A stretch of DNA of 64,000 nucleotides from an uncultured Acidobacteriota bacterium (GTDB taxonomy: Bacteria > Acidobacteriota > UBA6911), in NCBI GenBank assembly GCA_963809485.1, contig CAWEJX010000004.1, forward strand, positions 160,001 through 224,000, read 5' to 3'. Under the pieces are notes generated by a model that searched no databases, was not told where the DNA came from, and saw only the letters and a list, made by a program, of their open reading frames with translations. The translations under genes and the position numbers were made by a program. Every line of letters starts with the position of its first letter. Within the stretch, counting starts at the first letter, position 1. This document shows positions 10,521 to 20,153 of this stretch, in pieces.

Positions 10521-11897
10521 GTGGGAACGCCAGTGAAGGAACAAATCTTCAAATACCTGCAGGAAGCCGGAAAGGGAGTTTCGGCGGCTCAGATCCTCGC
10601 TGATGTACTGAAGATCGGTTCTCCCAACGACCATTCCTCCGAAAGTATCCTGGCAGGCCTCCTGGGCCAGGATCCGCGATTTGTTTTTGCTGCCGGCCTC
10701 TGGCAACTGCGTCTTCCCTCGGTAAGCGCCCCTGACTGGGACGACAGCCGCATCGTGGTTCTGCATTTGCAGACTGCGGACAATTCGGCGACCTTGCGGC
10801 ATTTTCGCGGTGCAGCCCGCTGGGCAGACAGACGCCTGAAGGAGTTTGCGTCGCCGGCAGCCGTCAGGATCCTGAGCCGGCTTCGCGATGAGATCGAACT
10901 CCATCTCCTGATCGTTTGGAGCGGCCGGGAGCTCGGGATTTGGAACGCATTGATGCAATCGATGAGGCTTGAAGTCTGGCGAGGAGATACTCTGTTCCTG
11001 CGAAACCTTGCCGCGCGGGCGCTGGAACGAGTGCCCTCAAAACTGCAGCCGGAGGACATGGCTCCAATACTGGGCCTCTCGCCTGCAGATGAGGAAAGGC
11101 CGCGTGAGGTGGTTGAATACCTGAGTGCATGTTGGCGGCTCCTTCTGCAGCGCGTTCCAGACGAGTTCTGCCGGACTCTCGATTCGCTCCGCGAATGGAT
11201 CGACGACCGGGGATCGGCGGTTGATTTTAGTCATTTCGCCTTCGGGCCGGACTTCTTACGTCAACTGCCCCGCACAGCCGGGGTATATATAATGACGAAC
11301 CGCGAAGGCAAAATCATTTATGTCGGCAAGTCCCGCAACCTTAGACGTCGCGTTTCCTCCTATTTCACGCCCCAAGCCCGGAATGATCCCAAAACCGCGA
11401 GGATACACGAGCGGCTGTATTCCATCGATGTCTGCACAACCGGAAACGAGATCGAGGCTTTGCTGGTGGAAATGCGCCTGATCAAGGATTTCCGGCCTGC
11501 CATCAACCTGCAGACCGAGATTCACGAAAACATGGCGGGCCAAACTGAAGGACGCAATCTCATCCTTTTCGTGGCTGACGAGGAACAGAAGAAAGCTGAA
11601 ATTTATCTGTTCCGGAATGGGCGCTTTGCCGGCCGGCAATCCGCTCCCCTGGGGCGTTTGCCGTCGAAGCGCCTGCAGGAAAAGATCCGATCCATCTTCT
11701 TCGCACAGGGCAGGATAAGAAAGCGGAAAGGTGAAACCTGGGAAAAGGAAATTGTATCCCGATGGTTCAACGCCAATCGGAAGCGCATGAACTATCTCGA
11801 TGTTGACGAAGCGGGCGACCTGACGCGCGTCAAGGAGCAGCTGACCCGCTACCTTTGCGACCCGGACAAGCTCGCGCACAAGGTCTACTACCGTTAA
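10521..11897 (+). CDS. GIY-YIG endonuclease (UvrC/Cho-like) fused to a degenerate exonuclease-like region
   Basis: LPRTAGVYIM, IIYVGKSRNLRRRVSSYF, EALLVEMRLIKDFRPAIN. Confidence 0.8.
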   Translation: MGTPVKEQIFKYLQEAGKGVSAAQILADVLKIGSPNDHSSESILAGLLGQDPRFVFAAGLWQLRLPSVSAPDWDDSRIVVLHLQTADNSATLRHFRGAARWADRRLKEFASPAAVRILSRLRDEIELHLLIVWSGRELGIWNALMQSMRLEVWRGDTLFLRNLAARALERVPSKLQPEDMAPILGLSPADEERPREVVEYLSACWRLLLQRVPDEFCRTLDSLREWIDDRGSAVDFSHFAFGPDFLRQLPRTAGVYIMTNREGKIIYVGKSRNLRRRVSSYFTPQARNDPKTARIHERLYSIDVCTTGNEIEALLVEMRLIKDFRPAINLQTEIHENMAGQTEGRNLILFVADEEQKKAEIYLFRNGRFAGRQSAPLGRLPSKRLQEKIRSIFFAQGRIRKRKGETWEKEIVSRWFNANRKRMNYLDVDEAGDLTRVKEQLTRYLCDPDKLAHKVYYR

Positions 11898-12136
11898 GCC
11901 GCAGCATATTTTACAGAACAAAATAAAACAAGAAGCAACCGGCCCCTGCAATGTTTTTCATCAAATGCAATTCCACCCCGAACGCCGTCTCTCTGGAAAA
12001 AAATTGGTAAGAGATTTGAGACCGCTGCAGGAAATCCTGAATCTGCCGGCAATCCCGGCCGAAAAGTAACAATGAACCCGATGAATGGATCGTAATGACC
12101 TGAGGATGCAGTCTGTGCTCAGTCGCTGCAGGCTGT

Positions 12137-13360
12137 ATGGCCTCGAGATACCCGGAGATTTCATTGAAAAGGCAACTTCTCATCTCAGGTGTTGCAGCTG
12201 CTTTGGCATTGCTTCTCATGATTCTCTGTGCCGCCGGACAGATTCACATTCCCCAATCGGCGCAGGCGCAAGCAAAGGTTGCCGCGGTCCCGAAGGCACA
12301 GCAGAAGCAGAAGAACAGGGACCGATTAAACATGGAAGTTCGCGGCCTGTATATGACCTCCTGGGTTGCAGGCACCAAACGGTTCCAGGAAATTGCCGAC
12401 GGCGTTTCGCGCTACGGCCTCAACGCCCTGGTCATTGATATCAAGGACTGCACGGGAAAGGTGGGTTACGACTCCGCGGTGCCGATGGTGGCGGAAATTA
12501 AGGCCCGCGAGCGGCGCATACGGGACCTGGATGGCGTGCTCGCTTACTGCCGCGAACGAGGGATCCACACAATTGCCCGCATCGCGGCCTTCCAGGATCC
12601 TGTGCTCGCAGGCGCGAGGCCCGAGCTTGCGATAAAGACGAGCGGCGGATCCGTCTGGACCGATAACAAAGGTCTATCCTGGGTGGACCCCGCCTCCCGC
12701 TGCGTTTGGAAATACAATGTGGACTTAGCCAAAGAAGCTGCGGCGCGGGGCTTTAACGAGGTCCAGTTCGACTATGTCCGTTTTCCGACCGATGGCCGGC
12801 TCACGGGACTGGTATATCCCGCCTACAAAGGCGATGTCCCCAAAAGACAGGTTATCAAGGAATTTTTCCAGTACGCGGACCAGGAACTCAAATCCATCGA
12901 CATCCTTGTCTCAGCCGATATCTTCGGGCTAACGACGGTCGCCATAGACGACCTCAATATCGGGCAGAAGATCGAGGATATAGCCCCATACGTGGATTAT
13001 GTCTGCCCAATGGTATACCCTTCGCATTTCCCGCCGGGCTACCTGGGCCTCAAGAATCCTGCCGAAGAACCCTACAAGGTCATCTTCGACAGCTGCTCGC
13101 GAGGGCTGGAGCGTATCAAAGGGCAACGGGCTAAACTGCGGCCGTGGATCCAGGATTTCGACATCGGTGCCCGTTACGACAGGCGCATGATCCTGGAGCA
13201 GATCCGGGCGCTCCGCGATGCGGGCGCATTCGGTTTCTGCTCCTGGAATGCGAGAAATGTATACACGATCAGCGATTACGAGGCCCCTCTTCCCCAGGCC
13301 AATCCCAACCCGCCGCCGCGTTCCACGCAGACCGCAAGCATTGGTTCCGGGCCGCAGTAA
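12137..13360 (+). CDS. Putative glycoside hydrolase (DUF4015-like), membrane-anchored
   Basis: NALVIDIKD, IARIAAFQD, GFNEVQFDYVRFP, PMVYPSH, LRPWIQDF. Confidence 0.8.
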   Translation: MASRYPEISLKRQLLISGVAAALALLLMILCAAGQIHIPQSAQAQAKVAAVPKAQQKQKNRDRLNMEVRGLYMTSWVAGTKRFQEIADGVSRYGLNALVIDIKDCTGKVGYDSAVPMVAEIKARERRIRDLDGVLAYCRERGIHTIARIAAFQDPVLAGARPELAIKTSGGSVWTDNKGLSWVDPASRCVWKYNVDLAKEAAARGFNEVQFDYVRFPTDGRLTGLVYPAYKGDVPKRQVIKEFFQYADQELKSIDILVSADIFGLTTVAIDDLNIGQKIEDIAPYVDYVCPMVYPSHFPPGYLGLKNPAEEPYKVIFDSCSRGLERIKGQRAKLRPWIQDFDIGARYDRRMILEQIRALRDAGAFGFCSWNARNVYTISDYEAPLPQANPNPPPRSTQTASIGSGPQ

Positions 13361-13419
13361 ATCGCTGCCCGATTGCGTCTCTCCGCTGGAGGCGGCGGTT
13401 TACCAAAGTGAATAAACTG

Positions 13420-13613
13420 ACAATCCCCCAGCTCTGCTCGGGGACTCACAAAGTTTGGCAGTTCCGGGATCATTTAACGCCGACATACACCGACAAAACG
13501 CCGAAGAACGCCGATCAATAAGGCAACGGCCGGCGCTCCAGAGCCAAGGTAGTTCATCCAACCGCTTTGAGCGGTACACACTCAAGCCTCCGGCTCTGCC
13601 GGAGATAGTTGAC
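13420..13613 (+). mobile_element. Divergent IS200/IS605-like non-autonomous element, copy 3
   Basis: CCCCCAGCTCTGCTCGGGGACTCACAAAGTTTG ... CCAACCGCTTTGAGCGG...TCAAGCCTCCGGCTCTGCCGGAGATAGTTGAC; different interior. Confidence 0.6.
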
Positions 13614-13913
13614 CTACTGGCTATCCCGGAGGACCTTCCCCGTGGCCTTGTCTTTCCAGTAAGCCCGCTGCTGGACCGGCCAGTTAAAGGTGATGGCCTG
13701 GTTGGGGCAATCGGTCGCGCAGCAGCCGCAGTACCAGCATTCATCCGGGTGCAGGATGACCGGGGGCATCTTTTCTTCCGGGTTGGGGATAAAGACATCT
13801 ACCTGGCAGACTTCCACGCAGTGGTTGCAGCCGGTACAGACATCAGGATTGAAAATTACCGGATTCGCCGGGCTGATAATATTGGGTAATGCATAAGTTT
13901 CTTTACGAGGCAT
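13614..13913 (-). CDS. 2x[4Fe-4S] ferredoxin, AprB-like
   Basis: CTGCNHCVEVC and ECWYCGCCATDCP. Confidence 0.85.
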   Translation of the reverse strand: MPRKETYALPNIISPANPVIFNPDVCTGCNHCVEVCQVDVFIPNPEEKMPPVILHPDECWYCGCCATDCPNQAITFNWPVQQRAYWKDKATGKVLRDSQ

Positions 13914-13924
13914 AACAGTTCTCC

Positions 13925-15858
13925 CTATTTTCTTTTATAGACTCCGGTGTAGTCCTTGTTGTGGGCTTCATAGTTCGCTTTCATATCGCCCCAGTAGTTC
14001 AGGGGCAGTTCGCCCGTCTTGACCTTGTTGTTCTCCAGCTTGACGGTAACGAACTTGTTCCATTCCGGCGGGTCTATGTCGGGGTAATCGATTCTGAAGA
14101 AGAACAGCGCACGGCTGCTGGCCTTGCGTGCCAGGGATGCATGGATGACAATTTGCGCGTGGGTCAGCAGGCTCAGGTCTTCGATACTGCGCATGAGTTT
14201 GTGGGGGTCGAGGGCATACAGCCTGGGCACAAAAACTTCTTGTATTTCTTTCAGAGAATCCAGCCCGATATTCAGCATCAGATTCCGTTTTGAATTCACT
14301 GCACCAGTACTGCAGGGTGCGGGCAATGCCGGCGTGCAGTTCTTTCCAGTCGATGCCGTCATTGCGATTTATCGGGGCGTAGACGCGGGCTTTTTCCAGA
14401 GCGATCTGGTCTCTGGATATTTTGCCTGCGCCTATCTGCCTGGCGTAGGCAGCGGCTTTTCTGCCGGCATACCGTCCGGTCGAAGCGGCGTAGCTGTGGT
14501 CGCCGGCGGAGAACATGTGATTCTCCGGCGATGTACAGACCGTCGAGGGTTGATTTCAGGTCCCAGTCGACGACGGGACCGCCACGGCCCGCTGTTAGCC
14601 AGTGGGACGGGCTGGTTCCTTCAATCAAGTTATAGTTCATCAGCAGGTGTTTGGCCGGGTCGAAGCCGGCTTTTTCATAGGAATTGATGATATTTCTGGT
14701 GGTAGATTCCTCGCCCAGCATCAGTTTCCAGGTAACCCGGCGTTCGACCTCGGACATGGCGGGGAAATCGCCGAAGAAGGGCAGGGCGTAAGTGCCATCC
14801 TGGATGCCCTTGATGATTTTTTGCCTGTTTTCCGGAGAAGGTCCCATCGCGCCGCCGTCCGGCCATCCCTGCAGAGGCCAGGGCAGCTTTTTGCCGTTGG
14901 CGTCGACCTGCTGGATATTCTCGAAACTGGCGTCGCTGGCGCCGCCGTACCAGGTATGCTTGAGCCCGGTGCCGAGCCCATGCGGCATAGTCTGTTCCAT
15001 CAGGGTAAGCTCGGCGCCGGCCCTCCAGGCCATGGCCACGCCGTCTCCAGTCTTGGTCCGGGAGCCGGGGAAGGTATTGTAACCGGCCAGCTCGGTATTC
15101 AGGAACCCGAGTGAATTACTGCCGGCGGTAGACAGTACGGCGGCCTTCGACTTGAAGACCATAAACTCGCCGGTGCGGTTGTTAAAGCCCATGGCCCCGA
15201 TTACTCTGGCTCCCTGGACGCCTCCCTCGGTCAGCAGGTTGGTAACCATGACGCGGTCGTAAATTTTCACGCCCAGCCGCTGGCACTCTTTCTTCAAAGC
15301 GGGCTTAAAGGTTGTCCCCCAGACGCGGACAGTCACCTCGGTGGCATGGTTGGGGCTCATGCGCGGAGAAAACATCAACTTGTCGTCATAGCGGCCTTCG
15401 GCTCCCACGTATTCGTCGTCGGTGTCCCGGATCTTGCCGCCCATCTGTTCCATTTCCAGCAACGTATCCCAGTCCTCACGGCATTGAATCTGGGTGCCGA
15501 TGCCGTTGGCGTAGGAAATCGGCAGCGGTCCGGTCGGCGGGTCGCCGGCATGAACCGGATGCTCCACAAGTCGCTTGGCCCAGTCATCGGGGTCAACCTT
15601 GGAATGGGGATTGGCCGGTGTGACACACCAGTGGTCGCAGCCGGGGCCTCCCGCACCGCTCCTGATGGTATCCGCCTTTTCCACCAGCGCCACTTTAACA
15701 CCGGTTCTGGCGGCGCTGATAGCCGCCCAGCACCCGGCGATACCCCCGCCGATAATCAGGACATCGGTTTCGATTTCCTGTTCCTTATCGTAGCGAATGG
15801 GATAAGGCCAGGGCGTCGGCTTGCCATATTTTTCCAGTAAATCCTGCCATTTGGTCAT
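13925..15858 (-). CDS. FAD-dependent oxidoreductase, AprA/SdhA-FrdA superfamily (two frameshifts, ~14520 and ~14285)
   Basis: DVLIIGGGIAG, RSGAG, TGDGVAMAWRAGAEL, STLDGLYIAGE; continues as ASTGRYAGRKAA, then HKLMRSIE...ASLARKAS...RIDYP in other frames. Confidence 0.8.
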
Positions 15859-15914
15859 ATCACTGCACTCCTTTCACAAGTGACGAACCGCGTAATAGAT
15901 CAACCATCATTGGG

Positions 15915-16805
15915 TTATCGGCTGTGTTCCATGCCCCAGGATTCGAACATTTTCCTATAGATTTCCGGCTGCGGAAAATCGGAATCCATCATCATCTGCT
16001 CGTGAGCAAACATGGATTCCTTATAAAACTTCCTTAGGCCATCCATGAATTCATTCAGTTTGGAAACCGGTATGGAGAATATCATCTCTCCGGGCTGCGT
16101 CAGTGCCCTGACATACTCGCCCGGATCCGGCAGATTTATCCAGTACTCGTTGTCCAATATCGGGTTTGTGATGCAAAACGCGCAGGAAATGGGGAAAAAA
16201 TTTGATTTGACCTTGGGCTTCTCTTCCTCCTTCAATGACAGGAGCATATCTCTCAGTTGATTGGTGTCCGAATAGATAAGCACAAGATCCGGCTCGAAGG
16301 CGGCTGACTTTAATGGACCCGTCATTATCCCGATATATTTGCCGTACTCAAAACGCTTGTACTGCATTTTGGGATCGCCGCCCTGTGCTCCGTCCTGTGC
16401 TTTTGGCGAATCGACCATTCCATATGCGAGCAGAGGACCCAGACACCAGTTGTCATCCTTGAGCATCGCCACCGTCATCCTGTCTCGCCTGGACAGTCCG
16501 AAGACCTGGCATTGAGCATAATGCTGGTTCTTATCTTTCCTGGGTCTGAAAGCTCCCTTCGGAATGTCGGCCTCCGATTTCAGCATCTTTACCGCTATAG
16601 GCGAGGTGCGAAGCACCAGCGATCGCTCCAATTCCTCTCCGAAATTGTTACAATCTTTCACGTTAAGCATCCGATTCCCCTCCTGCGGGTTTGGGACGGG
16701 TTGGGTTCCGGCAGCGGTCGCTGCCGCCGACCCGCCGCACGCTGCCACGATTGCGGATCCAAGCCCCATTTCCAAGATATTCCGTCTGGTGAACGACTCT
16801 TTCAT
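15915..16805 (-). CDS. DUF169-family protein with Tat-like leader
   Basis: SFTRRNILEMG leader; LRTSPIAVKM, CQ, NWC, FEPDLVLIY, C.F, LPDPGE motifs. Confidence 0.7.
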   Translation of the reverse strand: MKESFTRRNILEMGLGSAIVAACGGSAAATAAGTQPVPNPQEGNRMLNVKDCNNFGEELERSLVLRTSPIAVKMLKSEADIPKGAFRPRKDKNQHYAQCQVFGLSRRDRMTVAMLKDDNWCLGPLLAYGMVDSPKAQDGAQGGDPKMQYKRFEYGKYIGIMTGPLKSAAFEPDLVLIYSDTNQLRDMLLSLKEEEKPKVKSNFFPISCAFCITNPILDNEYWINLPDPGEYVRALTQPGEMIFSIPVSKLNEFMDGLRKFYKESMFAHEQMMMDSDFPQPEIYRKMFESWGMEHSR

Positions 16806-17024
16806 CGGCGAATCCTCACTCTCCATGCCGCTTGCAGGCTTATGCATTGATGCGAATCTATCCCATGCCGCGCCTTCATTGCAACAACCAACCGGGATGC
16901 CGTCATCAAACTCCCGCAGGGATGGAGGACGATCAATGTATTTGAAGGGCGCCAGGAAAGATATATCATCAATCATTACAAAGATAAACGCAGTTCAACT
17001 CCACTGCGACATCGGGAGGCGGGA

Positions 17025-18751
17025 ATGAAATGGGATCCTCTGTTGGCTTCCCTGATTTTTTTCTGTGTAGTACCCGCCTTATGCCTGAACAGGCCCGCCG
17101 CAGATCTCATCATCCGCAACGCAAAGATCTGGACGGTTGACACGGCACGCCCGGAGGCGCAGGCCGTCGCCATCCTCGGAGACCGTATCGTCGCAGTCGG
17201 CGCCAATCAGGAACTCGATGCCTGGATTGGGCCCGAAACCAGGATTATCGATGCCGCAGGGAAACGGCTGCTTCCCGGTTTCAACGACGCTCACGTGCAC
17301 TTCGAAACCGGTGGAGCCCGGCTCGACGAAGTGCAGCTGCACGAGGTGACCAGTCCACGTGAGTTTGCCCGGAGAATTGCGGATCGCACAGCCAGGGGCG
17401 CCAAAGGCGAATGGATTATGGGCGGCAACTGGGATGAAACGCGCTGGGACCCTCCACAGATTCCCGCCAAAGATCTTATCGATCCCGTTACGCCGGATTC
17501 ACCCGTTGCAGTGAGCCGGTACGACGGGCACATGATCCTCGCCAATTCACTCGCCCTGAAAGCCGCCGGAATCACCGCGCAGACTCCCGATCCCCGGGAG
17601 GCGTCATCGTCCGCGACTCTCGCGGTAATCCGACGGGCGCGCTTAAAGATGCTGCAGCCGATCTTGTCCTGAAGATCATTCCCGAGCCGACACACGCCCA
17701 GCGCCGCCAGGCAATCGAGCGGGCGCTTCAAATGGCTGCGTCCGTCGGGGTAACCAGCGTGCAGCACATGAATCCCGAGTATGCCGACATTGCGGTTTAC
17801 TCCGAGCTTCTCGACCAGGGAAAGCTGACCGTGCGCGTATATGCTGTCCCGCTGATCTCGCAATTCGAGGACCAGGCGAAAATCGGCATTCGCCATGCAT
17901 TTGGCAATCCCTGGTTGAGGATTGGGGCGCTCAAGGCATACGCGGACGGTTCCCTCGGTTCTGCGACCGCCTATTTTTTTGAGCCTCTGAACGATCAGCC
18001 CCAAAATCGGGGATTGCTTGCCGACCTGATGCACCCCGTCTCGGCCATGCAGGACCGGATGGCGAAGGCCGAGGCTGCCGGGTTGCAGCTCTGCGCACAC
18101 GCGATAGGGGATGCAGCCATTTCCACAATTCTCGATATTTATTCGGCCATCGAAAAAGCTCATGGTAAAGCCGACCGCCGCTGGCGTATCGAGCATGCCC
18201 AGCACATGGCCGCCGGGGATTTCGACCGCTTCGCCGGGTTGCGTGTCATTGCTTCGGTCCAGCCCTATCACGCGATCGACGACGGCCGCTGGGCCGAAGC
18301 CCGCATCGGGCGCGATCGTGCCGCCAGAACCTACGCATTCCGCACTTTCCTCGATCACGGCGTCCGCCTTGCCTTCGGAACCGACTGGTATGTCGCACCG
18401 CTCAACCCGATGCTGACGCTTTACGCTGCCGTGACGCGTGCAACTCTCGATGGCAGGAATCCAAATGGATGGTTTCCCGAACAGAAGCTCACAATCAGAG
18501 AAGCGATCGAGGCCTACACAATGGGTTCTGCCTATGCGGAGTTTCAGGACACGGTAAAAGGCTCCATCACTCCCGGGAAGCTGGCTGACATGGTCCTTCT
18601 GAGCGAGGATATTCTGAACGTTGATCCTGACAGGATTCGAGACATCAAGGTGCTGAAAACCTGGATTGGCGGCAAACTGATCTATGACGCCGAAGGCGCC
18701 TCACGACTCACACACGATGAGTCAGGTCCTCCGGCAAAGCCGGAGGCTTGA
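17025..18751 (+). CDS. Amidohydrolase 3 family, exported (frameshift ~17597)
   Basis: LPGFNDAHVH, DGHMILANS, KAYADGSLG, HAIGD, RIEHAQ, FGTDW, GSITPGKLAD. Confidence 0.88.
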
Positions 18752-19106
18752 AAGATTTGAACCGCTCAAAGCGTCTAAGAAGTTACGCCGGTCTTGAACG
18801 CTGACTACGCGGGCAAAAGCCGATGAGGCGCTTCCGATCCCCGCAGGGGCCAGCGCTCCGCGCTGGACAGTTTTCTGCGGCGGCACTGTGGCAAGCGCCG
18901 TGCGGCAGGGAGATGAAGGGTATGAGAAACCGGACGTTTGCCACAGTGCCGCCGCAGAAAACTCCATCGGAAGCGCCTCATCGGCTTTTGCTCGCCGACC
19001 CTCGCCGAACAAATCGGCGTGTGTCAGCGCTTTATCAGCGATTCTCAGCGTTTCAAAATACGGAGCTGTCAAACTCTTTGAGTCCCCGGCAGAGCGGGGG
19101 TTTACC
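18720..19106 (-). mobile_element. IS200/IS605-like non-autonomous element, copy 4 (long form)
   Basis: Near-identical reverse complement of 44781-45173. Confidence 0.8.
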
Positions 19107-19132
19107 AATGTAATCAAAGTCTTTCCTGTGCT

Positions 19133-20137
19133 ATGATCCGCAACAAAACAAGACTCTTCAAGCCGTTAAATCTCAAAGAAAGGGTTCCCCCGGTGCTCGG
19201 CATAGCCTGCGTCCTGATCGGAATTTTGCTTGCAGCGTCTGCCGCTCCCTGCGAATCACGCGCGCCAATCCCTGAAGAACCTTCCGTCGAATCGATCATG
19301 GCCAGGGTAGCCCGGAATCAGGACGAGGCACAGAAAATGCGGCAGGCTTATGTTTACAGTCAATCGTTGCTTCTGCGTTTCCGTCAAAGCAACGGGAAAG
19401 TGGTTCGGGAAGAGACACGCGAATATGCGGTAATGCCCACGGATACGGGAACAACAAAGGAACTGACCCGGTTCGCCGGCATCTATGAAAAGGACGGCCG
19501 CATGATCCCCTATTCCCAGCCGGGCTTCATCTATAAGGACACCGATATTGATGGCGAACTGATCAACGGCCTTGCGGATGACCTGGCAAATGACCGTAAT
19601 TCACGCGACGGGATCGCTGCGGATCTCTTTCCGTTGACTACGGAGGAGCAGCGCAAGTACCTCTTCAAGCTTGAAGAGACCGAAGAGCGCCGGGGACAGC
19701 TTGTCCACCGGATCACATTTAGGCCCGCGAATAAGCAGTGGGACGAAGCCGATGGAACCCCTTGGGCGGGTGAGATCCTCGTCGATGCAGCAGAATGCCA
19801 GCCTGTCCTCGTCACCACACGGCTGGCACAAGGCATTCCGATGCCCGTGCGTACCCTCCTGGGCACTAATCTCAAGGGGTTGGGATTCAGGCTTTCCTAC
19901 CAGAAATTCGAGGACGGTGTCTGGTTTCCCGTCGACTACGGGGCTGAGTTCGAGGTTAAAGTCCTCTTTGTCTACAAGAGGAGAATCGCCATTGCTCTTA
20001 CCAACAGCGCATTTAAGAGAGCACTTGTGGCTACAAACGTGACCTTCGAAACTCCCTCAAAGTTTAGCCCTCCTGCTGAAGAATCCGAAACCAGGTCGGT
20101 ACCGGAAGGTCCTCAGCAATCTCCGGACCAGCGATAA
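19133..20137 (+). CDS. Exported hypothetical protein
   Basis: Hydrophobic N-terminal segment; beta-rich body with WAGEILVD and GVWFPV patterns. Confidence 0.65.
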   Translation: MIRNKTRLFKPLNLKERVPPVLGIACVLIGILLAASAAPCESRAPIPEEPSVESIMARVARNQDEAQKMRQAYVYSQSLLLRFRQSNGKVVREETREYAVMPTDTGTTKELTRFAGIYEKDGRMIPYSQPGFIYKDTDIDGELINGLADDLANDRNSRDGIAADLFPLTTEEQRKYLFKLEETEERRGQLVHRITFRPANKQWDEADGTPWAGEILVDAAECQPVLVTTRLAQGIPMPVRTLLGTNLKGLGFRLSYQKFEDGVWFPVDYGAEFEVKVLFVYKRRIAIALTNSAFKRALVATNVTFETPSKFSPPAEESETRSVPEGPQQSPDQR

Positions 20138-20153
20138 TTCGCCTTCCAGCCGG

